A stretch of DNA of 32,000 nt from contig CP011211.1 in assembly GCA_001029695.1 (NCBI GenBank), positions 600,001 to 632,000 on the forward strand. The letters are read 5' to 3'. The translations under genes and the position numbers were made by a program. The notes under the pieces were generated by a model. The model had not been told where the DNA came from and ran no database searches. It was given only the letters and a program-made list of their open reading frames with translations. Positions 12,802 through 22,713 of the stretch are shown here, piece by piece. The stretch is from Candidatus Saccharimonadota bacterium (lineage in GTDB: Bacteria; Patescibacteriota; Saccharimonadia; Saccharimonadales; Saccharimonadaceae). Numbering within the stretch: the first letter of the stretch is position 1; each line of letters opens with the position of its first letter.

Positions 12802-15800
12802 CTACACCCCGTAGTCTGAATGGTTGTTTTCGGCGAGTGTCATAACTTTTTCGACGATTTGCTCTATTTGTTCATTTTCAAGTTCGATACCACGCCCAAT
12901 CTTAATCTCTTCGTAAACATAGTCATCGATGTTCGATCGCATCTGTCGCTTGATTTCATAGTTTCGCCACCAATCAACCGTCGCGCTCCGCTGCACTACA
13001 TTTGCTAGCTCTAAAATAATTTGTTGGTACTGCTCGTCACTTTCCATAGGCAACATTTCACGCAAGTTTCGATACAGCGCCCCCGCACCTGGTTCGCTTT
13101 GCACTACATCAGGGGTTTCATCATCTTTTTTCTGATCAACCTCTTTTTCAATTTCTCGTAGTTGCTTCAGCGCTTCGATATCTGCCATCTTCTTTTCGTG
13201 CATCGCCTGTAGTATTTCAGCAATTCGCTCCGAAAACTTACCATACAGCACTTCGTCGTCCTGCTGTCGCTCAGTAATTCGCCGTTTCGTTTGCGCAGCA
13301 ATTGCTTCGGCCTTCGATGTTACGCTTCCCAGCTCTTCAATCGCAGCGTTCAACTCATCACGGTTCGTCACTTCTATCTGGTCGGTTAGCACCTCGGCCT
13401 GAGACGCCGTCACGTATTGGTCGAGTATTCGGCTAATTTCGCGCTCGTACTGCTTCAAATCGATTTCTTCACCGTTCATCAAATCAGCATTGCGTTTTAA
13501 TTCGGCAAACTTTTTGATATCACGGCGATAGCGCTGTATCTCATCGTCACTAATCTTCTCTGCAAACCCACGAAGCGCCTTACATTCTTCGTATACATTC
13601 AGTAGCTGGTTAAACTTATCTTTATAGATTTTGCGTGTCGGCTCATCGCGCAGATGCTCGATGTAGCTATGGCTATCTTTTTCAACACCGTTGAACACAT
13701 CAAGCACTGCCGCATACTTTTGCGCCAGTTCTTCTACTTTGTCATTTATATCAATCAGCGTGCCTTTGACATCCGCTTCATCAAAATTGCCAAACAAATC
13801 CATGGCTTCCTGAATACTTGTGGCATTTTCAGAGTAGTCAATAATGAATCCGCTCGTCTTTGGATAATGCGGGTTATTAAACAGTCGGTTCACCCGCGCA
13901 ATTGCCTGTAGCAAGTTATGGTCGACCAACTTTTTTGCCAAATACAGCACGGTATTTCGCGGCGCATCAAACCCTGTCAGCAACTTATCGACAACAATTA
14001 AAAGCTCTATACCTTCTGGGTTGTTTTTGAAGTCATCGATTGTCATATCTTCGTAGGTTTTGAGCCCAGCATATTTAGCTTTTATCTCACTCAAATAATC
14101 AGCCACCTCTTGTTTCTTTAGGTCTTCTTCGCTGATTTCGTTGTTGTCATCACTAATTATCAGGGCTGTTTGGAGTTTATGTCGCCGCTCAAACCACCGC
14201 TGCATCACCACCGCGGCATATTTACTTGGCGCAACAATCTGACCCTTCAGACCTGTGTGCTGAAAATTATCGATGTAGTGCTGCTCAATATTCGCACACA
14301 CCTCTTCGAGCTTGCTCGGCACTTCGGCCAAAGTTCTATTCTCGACGCGCCGCTGTAGCTTATACTTATTTTGCGCCGACAGGTCTTCGCTTACTCGGTC
14401 GGCCAGTCTATCGATTTGCGGTGCGTTTTGGTCGAGCGCCACATAACGACCTTCATAAATCAGCGGCAATACTACATTATCAGCTAGCGCATCGTCTATC
14501 GTGTATTTATCGATAAACTCGCCGAATTTACTGCGTGATTTATCTTTTCGTAGCAGCGGCGTGCCAGTAAACGCAATCACGCATGCGTTCGGGATCACCC
14601 GTAGCATTTCCATATTGGCATCGCCGCCCTGTGAGCGGTGCGCTTCGTCAATTAGTACATAAATATTATCATCGGTATCTACAAAGTCCGTCCGCTTTTT
14701 GCCAGCACTTTCAAACTTATGAATCAGTGTCGTTAGTACGCTGGTGTCTTTACTCTTGATATGCTCCAGCAGCTCGTTACCGCTGGTCATTTGCTTGACT
14801 TTTTTCTTGAGGCCGCCGTTTTCAAACGTCTTTTTGATCTGCTTGTCCAGATCTACGCGGTCGGTCACCATTAGTACCCGCGGGTTTACTATGTGCGGTT
14901 GCTCTATCAGGGCGCGCACAAACATCACCATTGTCAGACTTTTACCAGAACCTTGGGTGTGCCATACAATACCACCCTTGTGGCGGCTGCCATACTCAGT
15001 TGTCTCAGTTTGTTTGATGCGCTCTAGCATTCGCTCTATGGCAAAATACTGCTGGTAGCGCGCCACTTTTTTGTATGCACCGTCATAAAATACAAAGTTT
15101 TTAACTATATCGAGCACCCGCTCTTGCCGTAGCATACCGTAAATCGTCTCGTCTTGCGGCATAATGCTACGCACCTGTAGTTGCTCCACACCATAGGTCG
15201 CACCGTTAAGGTCGCGCAGCAGCTGTGCGTATACGTCTTTGTCGATCGGCTTTGCTATGACATCTCGTAGTGTTGCGTGTAATCGCTCTTTTGGTGTATT
15301 CTTTTCACGCCACGATGAATAAAACTCTTCGGGCGTGCCCGCTGTGCCATATACCGCGTTTTCACCGTCCATAGCCAGCAGCAGCTGCTCGTAGATAAAT
15401 AGCTTAGGCGCATGGTCAGGCTTTTGGTAGCGCAGTAGCTGAGCAATAGCTTTTTTGTAGCCAACACTCGATTTTTTGTTTTCGATATGCACCAGCGGTA
15501 TACCGTTTACAAAACACACTATGTCCGCTCGTATCGCTTCGCGCCCCACCACACGATACTCTACCGTTACATGAAATTCATTATTGGCTATATTATCAAA
15601 GTCAAAATACCGCAGGCTTTTGTTTTCGTGCTTGCCCTCATGAAATACCTCTATGGTGCTACCTCCAAGTTTTGGCATGATGATATCCGTCACCGCCCGA
15701 CTAGTATCTATCACGCCGTCTACGCGGATAGATTCTAATTCGCTAACAACCCGCGCAATGTCACCTTCTTTGAACTTGTGCGTTTCGCCTACGTGTTCAT

Positions 15801-15984
15801 AGCTGTTTATACGCATTAAACTACGCCGCAGCACATCACCCAGTATCACGCGGCTATCATCGTCGCCCCGTAGCGCTAGCGCTTGCTTGCAGCTAAGGTA
15901 CTGCCAGCCGAGGTTTATCAGTAGCTCGACCGCCGGCAGCTGCGACTGCTTGGCTTCGTCAAAATTTATCGGTTCCATGCTCAT
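12802..15984 (-). CDS. hsdR: Type I restriction enzyme R subunit
   Basis: The 1060-aa ORF has an N-terminal HsdR_N nuclease region (DIVCFVNGIPLVHIENKK), SF2 helicase Walker A HTQGSGKSLTM, and DEAH box VLIDEAHRSQ. The ATGA overlap joins it to the hsdS stop. Confidence 0.95.
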   Translation of the reverse strand: MSMEPINFDEAKQSQLPAVELLINLGWQYLSCKQALALRGDDDSRVILGDVLRRSLMRINSYEHVGETHKFKEGDIARVVSELESIRVDGVIDTSRAVTDIIMPKLGGSTIEVFHEGKHENKSLRYFDFDNIANNEFHVTVEYRVVGREAIRADIVCFVNGIPLVHIENKKSSVGYKKAIAQLLRYQKPDHAPKLFIYEQLLLAMDGENAVYGTAGTPEEFYSSWREKNTPKERLHATLRDVIAKPIDKDVYAQLLRDLNGATYGVEQLQVRSIMPQDETIYGMLRQERVLDIVKNFVFYDGAYKKVARYQQYFAIERMLERIKQTETTEYGSRHKGGIVWHTQGSGKSLTMVMFVRALIEQPHIVNPRVLMVTDRVDLDKQIKKTFENGGLKKKVKQMTSGNELLEHIKSKDTSVLTTLIHKFESAGKKRTDFVDTDDNIYVLIDEAHRSQGGDANMEMLRVIPNACVIAFTGTPLLRKDKSRSKFGEFIDKYTIDDALADNVVLPLIYEGRYVALDQNAPQIDRLADRVSEDLSAQNKYKLQRRVENRTLAEVPSKLEEVCANIEQHYIDNFQHTGLKGQIVAPSKYAAVVMQRWFERRHKLQTALIISDDNNEISEEDLKKQEVADYLSEIKAKYAGLKTYEDMTIDDFKNNPEGIELLIVVDKLLTGFDAPRNTVLYLAKKLVDHNLLQAIARVNRLFNNPHYPKTSGFIIDYSENATSIQEAMDLFGNFDEADVKGTLIDINDKVEELAQKYAAVLDVFNGVEKDSHSYIEHLRDEPTRKIYKDKFNQLLNVYEECKALRGFAEKISDDEIQRYRRDIKKFAELKRNADLMNGEEIDLKQYEREISRILDQYVTASQAEVLTDQIEVTNRDELNAAIEELGSVTSKAEAIAAQTKRRITERQQDDEVLYGKFSERIAEILQAMHEKKMADIEALKQLREIEKEVDQKKDDETPDVVQSEPGAGALYRNLREMLPMESDEQYQQIILELANVVQRSATVDWWRNYEIKRQMRSNIDDYVYEEIKIGRGIELENEQIEQIVEKVMTLAENNHSDYGV

Positions 15985-17282
15985 AGTGCGCTCCTTTCTA
16001 GGCGAGTTGTATCAAGCGGTTTCAAATCCTCGGGAGTTCGAATAGCGCCGGTGATGAGATTTTTAAGGAGGTATTTTTTCTGAAGCCGTATTTCGTTTAA
16101 TGTTGCTTTCAGAGCTTCGATCTCATCATCAGCGATCTTAACTACACTAGCAATTGCATCCTGCTCCTCTATGTCATCTGGGATCGTGATCTTTGCACTC
16201 TCAAGAGCATCCTTTGATAAAGTAAATCGTGTTGCACCTTGTGCTCTTTTCCAAAGTTCTTTGTAGAAAGCATTCGTTTTAAAGCAATATGCCGCAAAAC
16301 TGACGGACATATAGGAACCCTTCATCCTGAGTCGCATCAGGTGATAACTGAACACAGTCATTGGTAAATCCTCGATAACTACTGCGCTATGTCCTATGTC
16401 CGTAGGCGTCTCTGACGAAGGGGTGAACAGAACGTCTCCGCTCTTCAAGTCAGATGCACCTATCTGAGACTCTTTAGCTGTGACCGCTTGAAAAATGTCG
16501 GAGTTACTTATGCGATCTCTCCTGTATACGTCCATATAGTTTAGTAACCTAACACTCTGCTCACCTGCTACAGACAGCTTATCTACGCTGCTAGTACGAG
16601 CATACCCCATATCTCCAAGTGAAACCGTTATCCATTCACGATCAAATCCAGGCATGCGGCGCTTTCCAGTCAAAAGCTGCTGCATCAACCCCTTTTTCAG
16701 CTGCCCTTTCAGCGCGATCTTCTGCTCCAGCTTCTCGATATACTCGTCCCAAACCTCCAAAACCCCCACAATCCGCTCTTGCTCTGGCTTTTCAGGATAG
16801 CTGACGTCGACACTCGCTATACTGCTTTTAGTTAGTCCGTAGACTTTGCTATAAACAGACATTTGCATTAAGCGTTTATGAGTTGCCGGATTTTTAAGCA
16901 TAAGACCAGTAAATCCTGGCGCAAACTCATCATTTTTACTGCGCAGCGCAAAAGTGTGAAGTCCTCCTATGACTTTTCTTTCGCTAACATTTCGTAATTC
17001 AACAGAGGAGCCCACTCCATCGTAATCTTCCGAAGCGTCAGCAACTACCAGATCGCCATCCTGTAGCCGCATATTGTCGCGAACAGTATTCTCTATCAGT
17101 ACTGGCACGATATCTTTGTCCAAATTTACATATGTAAAATATTTTGTGTGAATATCACCATAGTGAATATTGAAAACTTGATTAGGATTATCTGTAGCGC
17201 TGGTCATATCGTTGCGCGAGTGCGCACCAGTCGATATAAAATCCATTACGTCGCCGAGTTTTTTTGTCTGCCAGCTAGTCAT
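15981..17282 (-). CDS. hsdS: Type I R-M specificity subunit (two target-recognition domains)
   Basis: ORF 15981..17306 starts with TTG, and ATG 17282 gives MTSWQTKKLGDV. There are two TRDs separated by the conserved helices EQERIVGVLEVWDEYIEKLEQKIALKGQLKKGLMQQLLTG and EQDAIASVVKIADDEIEALKATLNEIRLQKKYLLKNLITG. Confidence 0.9.
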   Translation of the reverse strand: MTSWQTKKLGDVMDFISTGAHSRNDMTSATDNPNQVFNIHYGDIHTKYFTYVNLDKDIVPVLIENTVRDNMRLQDGDLVVADASEDYDGVGSSVELRNVSERKVIGGLHTFALRSKNDEFAPGFTGLMLKNPATHKRLMQMSVYSKVYGLTKSSIASVDVSYPEKPEQERIVGVLEVWDEYIEKLEQKIALKGQLKKGLMQQLLTGKRRMPGFDREWITVSLGDMGYARTSSVDKLSVAGEQSVRLLNYMDVYRRDRISNSDIFQAVTAKESQIGASDLKSGDVLFTPSSETPTDIGHSAVVIEDLPMTVFSYHLMRLRMKGSYMSVSFAAYCFKTNAFYKELWKRAQGATRFTLSKDALESAKITIPDDIEEQDAIASVVKIADDEIEALKATLNEIRLQKKYLLKNLITGAIRTPEDLKPLDTTRLERSAL

Positions 17283-19092
17283 TGCTTTCCCCGAGCGTGT
17301 CCGCAATCTGTTTTAGAGCAATAAACCAGCCCTCAACTTCACTCCATGTGCCTGCCTGCTCAAAGATACTTTTAGTTAACACTCTAGAGACTTGTCCATT
17401 TAGTCTACTTTTTGCCGACTTTTCATCTATGCCGAGCTTATTAGCAACGAGCCGAGGCACGTCCTCTTCTGCCCAATTAGTTACACTTCCAAGCTGTACT
17501 GACAGCTCTGCCTCAATTAGCGACTGCGGTAAATAGTTCTCGATCTCTCTAAGATTTGTAAGTCGAGCAGAAGAATTGTCTGCGCGCGCATTCACTTCAT
17601 CGACATACCTTTGATTTTCTGACGTTTTAGGCTCAATATCTTTATCATATAAATGAAATTGAATGACGCTAGAGTTTTTGAGGTAATCACTTTGCACCCA
17701 GTCTATGAGATTGCTGCCGCGTAGTGGCATTATAGAAATATCGGATTCATCCAAATTAATTATCTGCTTAAGCTCTGGTATCGAGGAGTTGATGTTTTTC
17801 ACAAAGGTAACGTCGGTACTCCCCTCTAGGCACAAGATTAATTTATTATAATTCGGCATAACGCCCAATGATTTTGCGATTTTACCATAGGATCTTTCTC
17901 CTGATTTTACACTTTGGCCTTCAACTAGTCTTAGCGAACTGGTCGGCAGCATCTGGCTAAGAGCTGGACTATGCGTAGTTAGGATTACCTGGGTATTATC
18001 GGAGGCAGAAAGGGATATTAGTGCATTTATTAAGACTTTCTGATGCTCTGGGTGTTGCGATGTTTCGGGCTCTTCGATTGCATAGATTACGTCACCTACA
18101 TTGCGAGACTCTTTGCGTCTTTCCGCCTCGGCGCGAAAGAAATTAAGCAATACCAAGCGCTTAACTCCACTACCCCTCTTATTAAGCTTTATCTCTTTAT
18201 CTCCAACTATACCGATTGACTTAAACACATCAGCCCACTTTAACTCTTCTAGTTTTGGGAGTTTTGGAGATAATTGGTTAGCAATTTCAGGGTTCATCTC
18301 TTTTAACTTTTCAAGAGTTTGGTTGGCAATATCTTTGGTTCTAGATTCCACTTCGTTAAATATCTGCTCAAACTTATCCTGAAGATCAGGATCCTGCATG
18401 ATTTCTTTCACAGCCAACTTCATAGGGTTTTGCACTTCACTATCTTGATCGGAGTTAGAGCGATCAGACTGAAATAGAGCATATACTGGCGTGTATCTCT
18501 GTAGACTGTCCCATATCTTTTTAGTGTCTTCAGTTTTTGCGCTAATCTCGGTTAATTGTAGCTGTAAATCGTCTTCATGATTGCGAATAGCGGCGCGCAT
18601 AATGGCATTTATAGACTGATTCGAGCACTCTATAGAGTTATCTGTGATAACTTTTTTAAGTACAGATTGTTTTTGTTGCATAAGCTCGCGCGATAATTCG
18701 CTAGTAGGATGATTTGCTACTAAGAATACCGAGTCAGTCTTACCATTCTTATAAACTTTTTTAACTTCCAGCTCTCCGCTTGCATTAACTAAGTACTCTG
18801 ACTCTAGTGTTGTCTTATTGCCAGCGTCAATATCCACTTCGTTAGGGAGATCGGAAAAAGTAACCGAGATTGAGATTTCGTAATCTTCATTTTCTTCCGC
18901 TTCTTTATTTAGATCATCTGGTTCAATCTTTACACATGCATCCTTATCATTGAAAAATATATCTAAAGCTTCCAATAGTGTAGATTTACCAGCATCATTA
19001 CGGCCAACAAATACAGTCAAATCATCGATGGACATACTCACCTCGTCTCGGTAAGATCTAAAATTCTTCAACTTTAGCCCGGTAACCCTCAC
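17275..19092 (-). CDS. OLD-family ABC-ATPase + TOPRIM nuclease (single-polypeptide; class-1 OLD / fused PARIS-like)
   Basis: The 605-aa ORF has a GTG start overlapping the upstream TAG. N-terminal motifs are LKLKNFRSY, Walker A GRNDAGKST, Walker B-like VIYAIEEPETSQHP and H-loop ILTTHSP. C-terminal TOPRIM motifs are LILCLEGSTD (E), HLYDKD (DxD) and LREIENYL. Confidence 0.8.
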   Translation of the reverse strand: MRVTGLKLKNFRSYRDEVSMSIDDLTVFVGRNDAGKSTLLEALDIFFNDKDACVKIEPDDLNKEAEENEDYEISISVTFSDLPNEVDIDAGNKTTLESEYLVNASGELEVKKVYKNGKTDSVFLVANHPTSELSRELMQQKQSVLKKVITDNSIECSNQSINAIMRAAIRNHEDDLQLQLTEISAKTEDTKKIWDSLQRYTPVYALFQSDRSNSDQDSEVQNPMKLAVKEIMQDPDLQDKFEQIFNEVESRTKDIANQTLEKLKEMNPEIANQLSPKLPKLEELKWADVFKSIGIVGDKEIKLNKRGSGVKRLVLLNFFRAEAERRKESRNVGDVIYAIEEPETSQHPEHQKVLINALISLSASDNTQVILTTHSPALSQMLPTSSLRLVEGQSVKSGERSYGKIAKSLGVMPNYNKLILCLEGSTDVTFVKNINSSIPELKQIINLDESDISIMPLRGSNLIDWVQSDYLKNSSVIQFHLYDKDIEPKTSENQRYVDEVNARADNSSARLTNLREIENYLPQSLIEAELSVQLGSVTNWAEEDVPRLVANKLGIDEKSAKSRLNGQVSRVLTKSIFEQAGTWSEVEGWFIALKQIADTLGESND

Positions 19093-19637
19093 TACGCTTC
19101 TCCTTTTGCATTATTCATAACTTTCAACGTCTTTTCCAGCTGCTCACGCAGTTTCTCATCCGTCATCTCGCCCCGCTCGTCTTGCGCCTGGGCTTTAAGG
19201 ATGTTCATCAGCTCCTGGCCATCTTGAAACGTCTTATTGAGCTTTTCGATATCTTGCTCCTGCCTTGCAAGCAGCTGCTGGCGTTTACGAGATTGCTCAA
19301 AAAGCCCGGCAAAAAATACCACAAATCCAATCATGCCAATAATGACAGCCACTCGGCTATTAAACGACGGCACCGTAATTGTTAGCCCGGCAGTTGCTAT
19401 GGCAACAAACATTGGCAACAAGAATTTACACATACCAATCCAGTGATCGATTCCCTGAAGTTGCTTGACATGAAGTGACTGCACTATATTAAGTGCCCGC
19501 TCGGTCATATCGAAATGATCGCTCATCATGTTCATGGCTCCCTCCATGATTTGAGCGTATTTTGCCATACCACCCATTTGCTCAAAAGATTGTATGGCCA
19601 GCTCTAGCTCTTCTTGGGTAACTGGCTTACTATTCAT
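19092..19637 (-). CDS. Two-TM membrane protein with C-terminal coiled coil, unknown function
   Basis: The 181-aa ORF has TM segments FLLPMFVAIATAGLTITVP and VAVIIGMIGFVVFFAGLF, then RKRQQLLARQEQDIEKLNKTFQDGQELMNILKAQAQ. It overlaps both neighbouring genes. Confidence 0.6.
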   Translation of the reverse strand: MNSKPVTQEELELAIQSFEQMGGMAKYAQIMEGAMNMMSDHFDMTERALNIVQSLHVKQLQGIDHWIGMCKFLLPMFVAIATAGLTITVPSFNSRVAVIIGMIGFVVFFAGLFEQSRKRQQLLARQEQDIEKLNKTFQDGQELMNILKAQAQDERGEMTDEKLREQLEKTLKVMNNAKGEA

Positions 19638-20643
19638 CCTTCCCCTCCAGCCGCTTCACTTCTTTTTCAAAGTCACCAATAAATTCCTTGTCTTGCTGAA
19701 CGCGAAATACATCATATTCAGCCAATGCTTTGGTGTCTGCTTGTTTTTTGCTAATGTTGCCCGCGTTTTGAAGTTTTGGATAATCGTTGAGGTCGAGGTA
19801 GCCGTCCATTATACCGAGCCACTGTGCCATACTTGTTGGCATGTTTCTGCGCGCGCGAAGTTCGGCGGTATCAAGAAATGCCGACACTGCAACGCGCAGC
19901 TCGGATAACTCTTGGTCGCTGAGGTAATTCTTGGCTACGGTTACGTCGGTGCGGAGCACCTTGCCTTCTGGCGCTTGCTTCCAGTTGGTAAGCCCCATGT
20001 GTGGTTTTGTTTTGTCAGCACGAGCATGAATAAGCTCAGCTGCGGTTTTACCTGCTACGGCGTAATGGAGCTTGTTTTGAATAAACGCAAAGAATTCTTT
20101 GGCAATTTCACTAGTTTTATCGTAATCACTTGCGAGCGCAAATACATCGGTGACTTTTAGGTAAATCCGTCGTTCGCTGAGGCGAATTTCGCGAATACGC
20201 TCGAGGAGCTCTTCGAAGTAATCTTTGCCAAAGTGTGTACCTTGCGCCAGGCGCTCATCGTCAAGCACGAAGCCTTTTACCATGTACTCACGGAGTGTCG
20301 CGGTGGCCCACTTGCGAAAGGCCGTAGCCTGAAGAGAATTCACTCGGTACCCTACCGAAATAATTGCATCGAGGTTGTAAAATGCAGTAAGGTATTTCTT
20401 TCCGTCGGCGGCAGTTGTTCGAAATTTTCGAATAACTGAATCTGCGTCGAGCTCGCCCGAGCCAAAAACCTCTTTGAGGTGGTAGTTAATTGTATTAACC
20501 TCTACGCCAAAAAGCTCAGCCATGCGCTTTTGCGTAAGCCAGACTGTTTCGCCAGCATAAAAGACTTCGATATGCTGCTTGCCGTCGGGCCCAGAGTAGA
20601 ATAGGAATTCGGCTTCGTGAGGCGCTGAGAGGTTATCGGCCAT
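19630..20643 (-). CDS. rhuM: RhuM-family protein
   Basis: The 337-aa ORF contains ETVWLTQKRMAELFGVEVNTINYHLKEVF, YNLDAIISVGYRVNSLQATAFRKWATATLREYMVKGF and RIREIRLSERRIY, which is the typical RhuM block order. Confidence 0.85.
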   Translation of the reverse strand: MADNLSAPHEAEFLFYSGPDGKQHIEVFYAGETVWLTQKRMAELFGVEVNTINYHLKEVFGSGELDADSVIRKFRTTAADGKKYLTAFYNLDAIISVGYRVNSLQATAFRKWATATLREYMVKGFVLDDERLAQGTHFGKDYFEELLERIREIRLSERRIYLKVTDVFALASDYDKTSEIAKEFFAFIQNKLHYAVAGKTAAELIHARADKTKPHMGLTNWKQAPEGKVLRTDVTVAKNYLSDQELSELRVAVSAFLDTAELRARRNMPTSMAQWLGIMDGYLDLNDYPKLQNAGNISKKQADTKALAEYDVFRVQQDKEFIGDFEKEVKRLEGKDE

Positions 20644-20644
20644 A

Positions 20645-22153
20645 TTACTTAATCCCCAACTCCTTTAGGTAATGCTTCATCTGCTCCTCAAGCTTGCTGA
20701 GCTGTGGGTTGATGGCTTCGATTTGACGGATTGTTTCCGCGATATCTACTTCTTCCTCTTCTTCAAAGGTATCAACATAGCGGGTGATGTTTAGGTTGTA
20801 GTCGTTTTCTTTAATTTCATCGATGTTAGCGATGTGCGAGAATTTCTCGACTTCTTTTCGCTGGGTGAATGTATCGACGATCTTATCGGCGTTTTCTTTG
20901 GCGAGAGTGTTTTGCGCCTTGCCTGGCTTGAATTCCTTAGAAGCTTCGATAAACAGGATGTCTTTGTCGTTTTCGCGCGCGCCGCCTTTTTCGCGGGCGC
21001 GGTCGATGACCAAAATTGCCACTGGTATGCCGGTGGTTTGGAAGAAACCAGGCGCCAGGCCAATCACGGCATCAATGATATTTTCTTCAATCAGTTGCTG
21101 CCGGATTTTACCCTCAGCACCACCGCGAAACAGTACACCGTGCGGCACGATCACCGCCATGCGTCCAGATTGCGGTTTGAGCGTTTCGATCATATGAGTG
21201 ATAAATGCGTAGTCACCCTTGTCTTTTGGTGGAATACCGCGCCAAAAACGATTATATTGGTCGGCATCGGCGCTTTCTGCGCCCCACTTCTTGAGGCTGA
21301 AGGGAGGATTAGCTACATTTACGTCAAACTTCATAAGCCCATCGTTTTCTACCAGCATTGGGTTGTTGAGCGTATCGCCCCACTCAATCCGTGCTTGATC
21401 CATGCCATGAAGAAACATATTCATACGCGCTAGCTGATAGGTCTGCCCTTTGGCTTCTTGACCGTAGAGCGCGAAGTTATTGCTGCCCTGTTTTCGCACC
21501 TCTTCACCTGCTAGCAGTAACAAGCCTCCCGATCCAACTGCTGGATCCGAAATACGGTCGCCTGGTTTTGGCCGAGCGAGCCGAGCAACAAGTTCTGCTA
21601 CAGCCGTAACGGTGAAAAACTCGCCAGCTTTTTTACCGGCATCGGCGCCAAACTTTTCAATCATGTACATGTATGAGTTGCCGATGATATCTTCGCTGAT
21701 GTCACTCAGGTCAATTTTGTAAAAATCCTCCAACAAATGACGCATCATCTTATTGCGTTGCTGCGGCTTGCCAAGCACTGACTCGGAGTTGAAGTCTACG
21801 CTAAACACGCCGGCCAGTTTGTCCTTGTTGTGGTCCTCGATCTTACGAAGGGCGACGTTGATAATTTCACCGATATTGTCTTGTTCTTTTTGAGCGTAAA
21901 CCTCATCGAACGAACTGTTTGGTGGTATATAAAAGCGAGATGTCTTCATCTTGGCGTCGATTCGTGCTGTGTCGTCACCGAAGCGTGCTTTTAATTTAGC
22001 GTATTCAGCCTTTGACTTGTCACTTAGATACTTGAAGAACAGCATGGTTAATGCGTAGTCTTTATACACGTCTGCTCCGACGGATGTTCGAGATGAATCC
22101 GCCGCCGCCCACAGCACTTTATTCAATTCGTCTTGTGTAAATTGCTTGGTCAT
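20645..22153 (-). CDS. hsdM: Type I R-M N6-adenine DNA methyltransferase subunit
   Basis: The 502-aa ORF has the SAM motif ISDPAVGSGGLLL and catalytic VANPPFSLKKW (NPPF). An HsdM N-terminal helical domain is present. Confidence 0.95.
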   Translation of the reverse strand: MTKQFTQDELNKVLWAAADSSRTSVGADVYKDYALTMLFFKYLSDKSKAEYAKLKARFGDDTARIDAKMKTSRFYIPPNSSFDEVYAQKEQDNIGEIINVALRKIEDHNKDKLAGVFSVDFNSESVLGKPQQRNKMMRHLLEDFYKIDLSDISEDIIGNSYMYMIEKFGADAGKKAGEFFTVTAVAELVARLARPKPGDRISDPAVGSGGLLLLAGEEVRKQGSNNFALYGQEAKGQTYQLARMNMFLHGMDQARIEWGDTLNNPMLVENDGLMKFDVNVANPPFSLKKWGAESADADQYNRFWRGIPPKDKGDYAFITHMIETLKPQSGRMAVIVPHGVLFRGGAEGKIRQQLIEENIIDAVIGLAPGFFQTTGIPVAILVIDRAREKGGARENDKDILFIEASKEFKPGKAQNTLAKENADKIVDTFTQRKEVEKFSHIANIDEIKENDYNLNITRYVDTFEEEEEVDIAETIRQIEAINPQLSKLEEQMKHYLKELGIK

Positions 22154-22707
22154 TTTGCTGCTCCTTGTGATTTAGCTATTAGGTTGTCGTCTATATTTTT
22201 GAGTAGTTGATTTTTGAGATTGAGTAGCTTTTGCTGCTCGGTTAGATTATCGTGTAATTTCATAACCGTCTGCTGCTCAATTACTGGCGGTTGCGGTACT
22301 TTTATCGACTTCAGGTCAGATAACCGTAGTGTTTTTATGTGCGAGCCGCTTTCTAAGCGCGATAAAACTTCCTGACCTCTTGCTGAATTCAGAAACCTTG
22401 CCACAAAACGGGAGTTTAGATCTGCACTGACTGGGCGAAGCACAATCACAGAGGATGCTGCAACAGCCGGTAGCAGGTCTGGAGTAACCGTGCGGGCAAC
22501 AAACTTGCCGCGCGAGCTAAGCAGTATATCACCCGGTCTCAACAAGTGGTCCACTTTATCGAACATAACTCGCGTAATGCCTGCCAGATTAGCAGAAGTT
22601 ATATCACCCGACTGCACAACACCAACATCACCTCTATCAAGTCGAGCAATTGCGTCACGAAACGTGTAACCAGTCGAGATAGTAAATAGTTGACTTAACT
22701 CCATCAT
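22150..22707 (-). CDS. hsdS: Half-size (single-TRD) type I specificity subunit
   Basis: The 185-aa ORF has one TRD followed by a single conserved helix, PPVIEQQTVMKLHDNLTEQQKLLNLKNQLLKNIDDNL. It is the first gene of the operon and overlaps hsdM as ATGA. Confidence 0.75.
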   Translation of the reverse strand: MMELSQLFTISTGYTFRDAIARLDRGDVGVVQSGDITSANLAGITRVMFDKVDHLLRPGDILLSSRGKFVARTVTPDLLPAVAASSVIVLRPVSADLNSRFVARFLNSARGQEVLSRLESGSHIKTLRLSDLKSIKVPQPPVIEQQTVMKLHDNLTEQQKLLNLKNQLLKNIDDNLIAKSQGAAK

Positions 22708-22713
22708 GTCACG

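Noticed and set aside
20823-21722. Plus-strand ORFs of 124-199 aa, and a minus out-of-frame 90-aa ORF, inside hsdM
   Set aside because: They are shadow ORFs of a well-supported methyltransferase gene. They have no motifs and no promoter or SD.
15981-22707. Phase-variable hsdS shufflon involving the two S genes and the nearby recombinase
   Set aside because: Both S genes are in the same orientation and I saw no inverted repeats within them. The recombinase is a large serine integrase type located 1.7 kb away, rather than an adjacent tyrosine invertase.
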